DNA from: Leucoraja ocellata
Lineage: Eukaryota
Assembly: GCA_036785375.1 (NCBI GenBank)
Contig: JAWMAR010000351.1
Coordinates: 930,001-994,000, forward strand
DNA: 64,000 nt
Reading direction: 5' to 3'
The translations under genes and the position numbers were made by a program. The first letter of the stretch is position 1. Each line of letters begins with the position of its first letter. The notes beneath the pieces were generated by a model that was not told where the DNA came from, made no database searches, and was given only the letters and a program-made list of their open reading frames with translations. This document shows positions 63,947 through 64,000 of this stretch, piece after piece.

Positions 63947-64000
63947 TGTGCAGAAAGGAACTGCAGATGCTGGTTTAAATCGAAGATAGACACAAAATGC
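63947..64000 (-). mobile_element. Penelope-like short repeat, cut by window edge
   Basis: ggaactgcagatgctggtttaaatcgaagatagacacaaaatgc matches the 57372 copy. Confidence 0.75.

Overview
Eukaryotic, AT-rich genomic DNA, most likely from a cartilaginous fish (skate/ray-type V-SINEs, CR1 LINEs and a Penelope-like short repeat). Two genes lie head-to-tail on the minus strand. The first is the last six coding exons of GLE1 (63628->56790). After a CpG-rich promoter at about 48.6-49.8 kb comes the 5' part of non-erythroid alpha-II spectrin SPTAN1: a predicted non-coding exon 1 plus 38 coding exons (41190->812), continuing past the left edge. All coding exons have GT..AG boundaries and join in frame. 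They include the 60-nt SH3-adjacent alternative exon, three small CCC-loop exons and the 15-nt LSKLL microexon. Most notable: (1) a dispersed Penelope-like repeat carrying minimal hammerhead-ribozyme motifs, sometimes in inverted pairs; (2) replacement of the mammalian calpain-site/Tyr1176 exon (EVYGMMPR) by an unrelated 13-aa exon while the caspase site is kept; (3) a 93-bp near-perfect intronic hairpin formed by a fold-back insertion; (4) an extra intron in codon 25 of SPTAN1. Comparisons to human are from memory, not from a database search. I found no clearly new protein-coding system.
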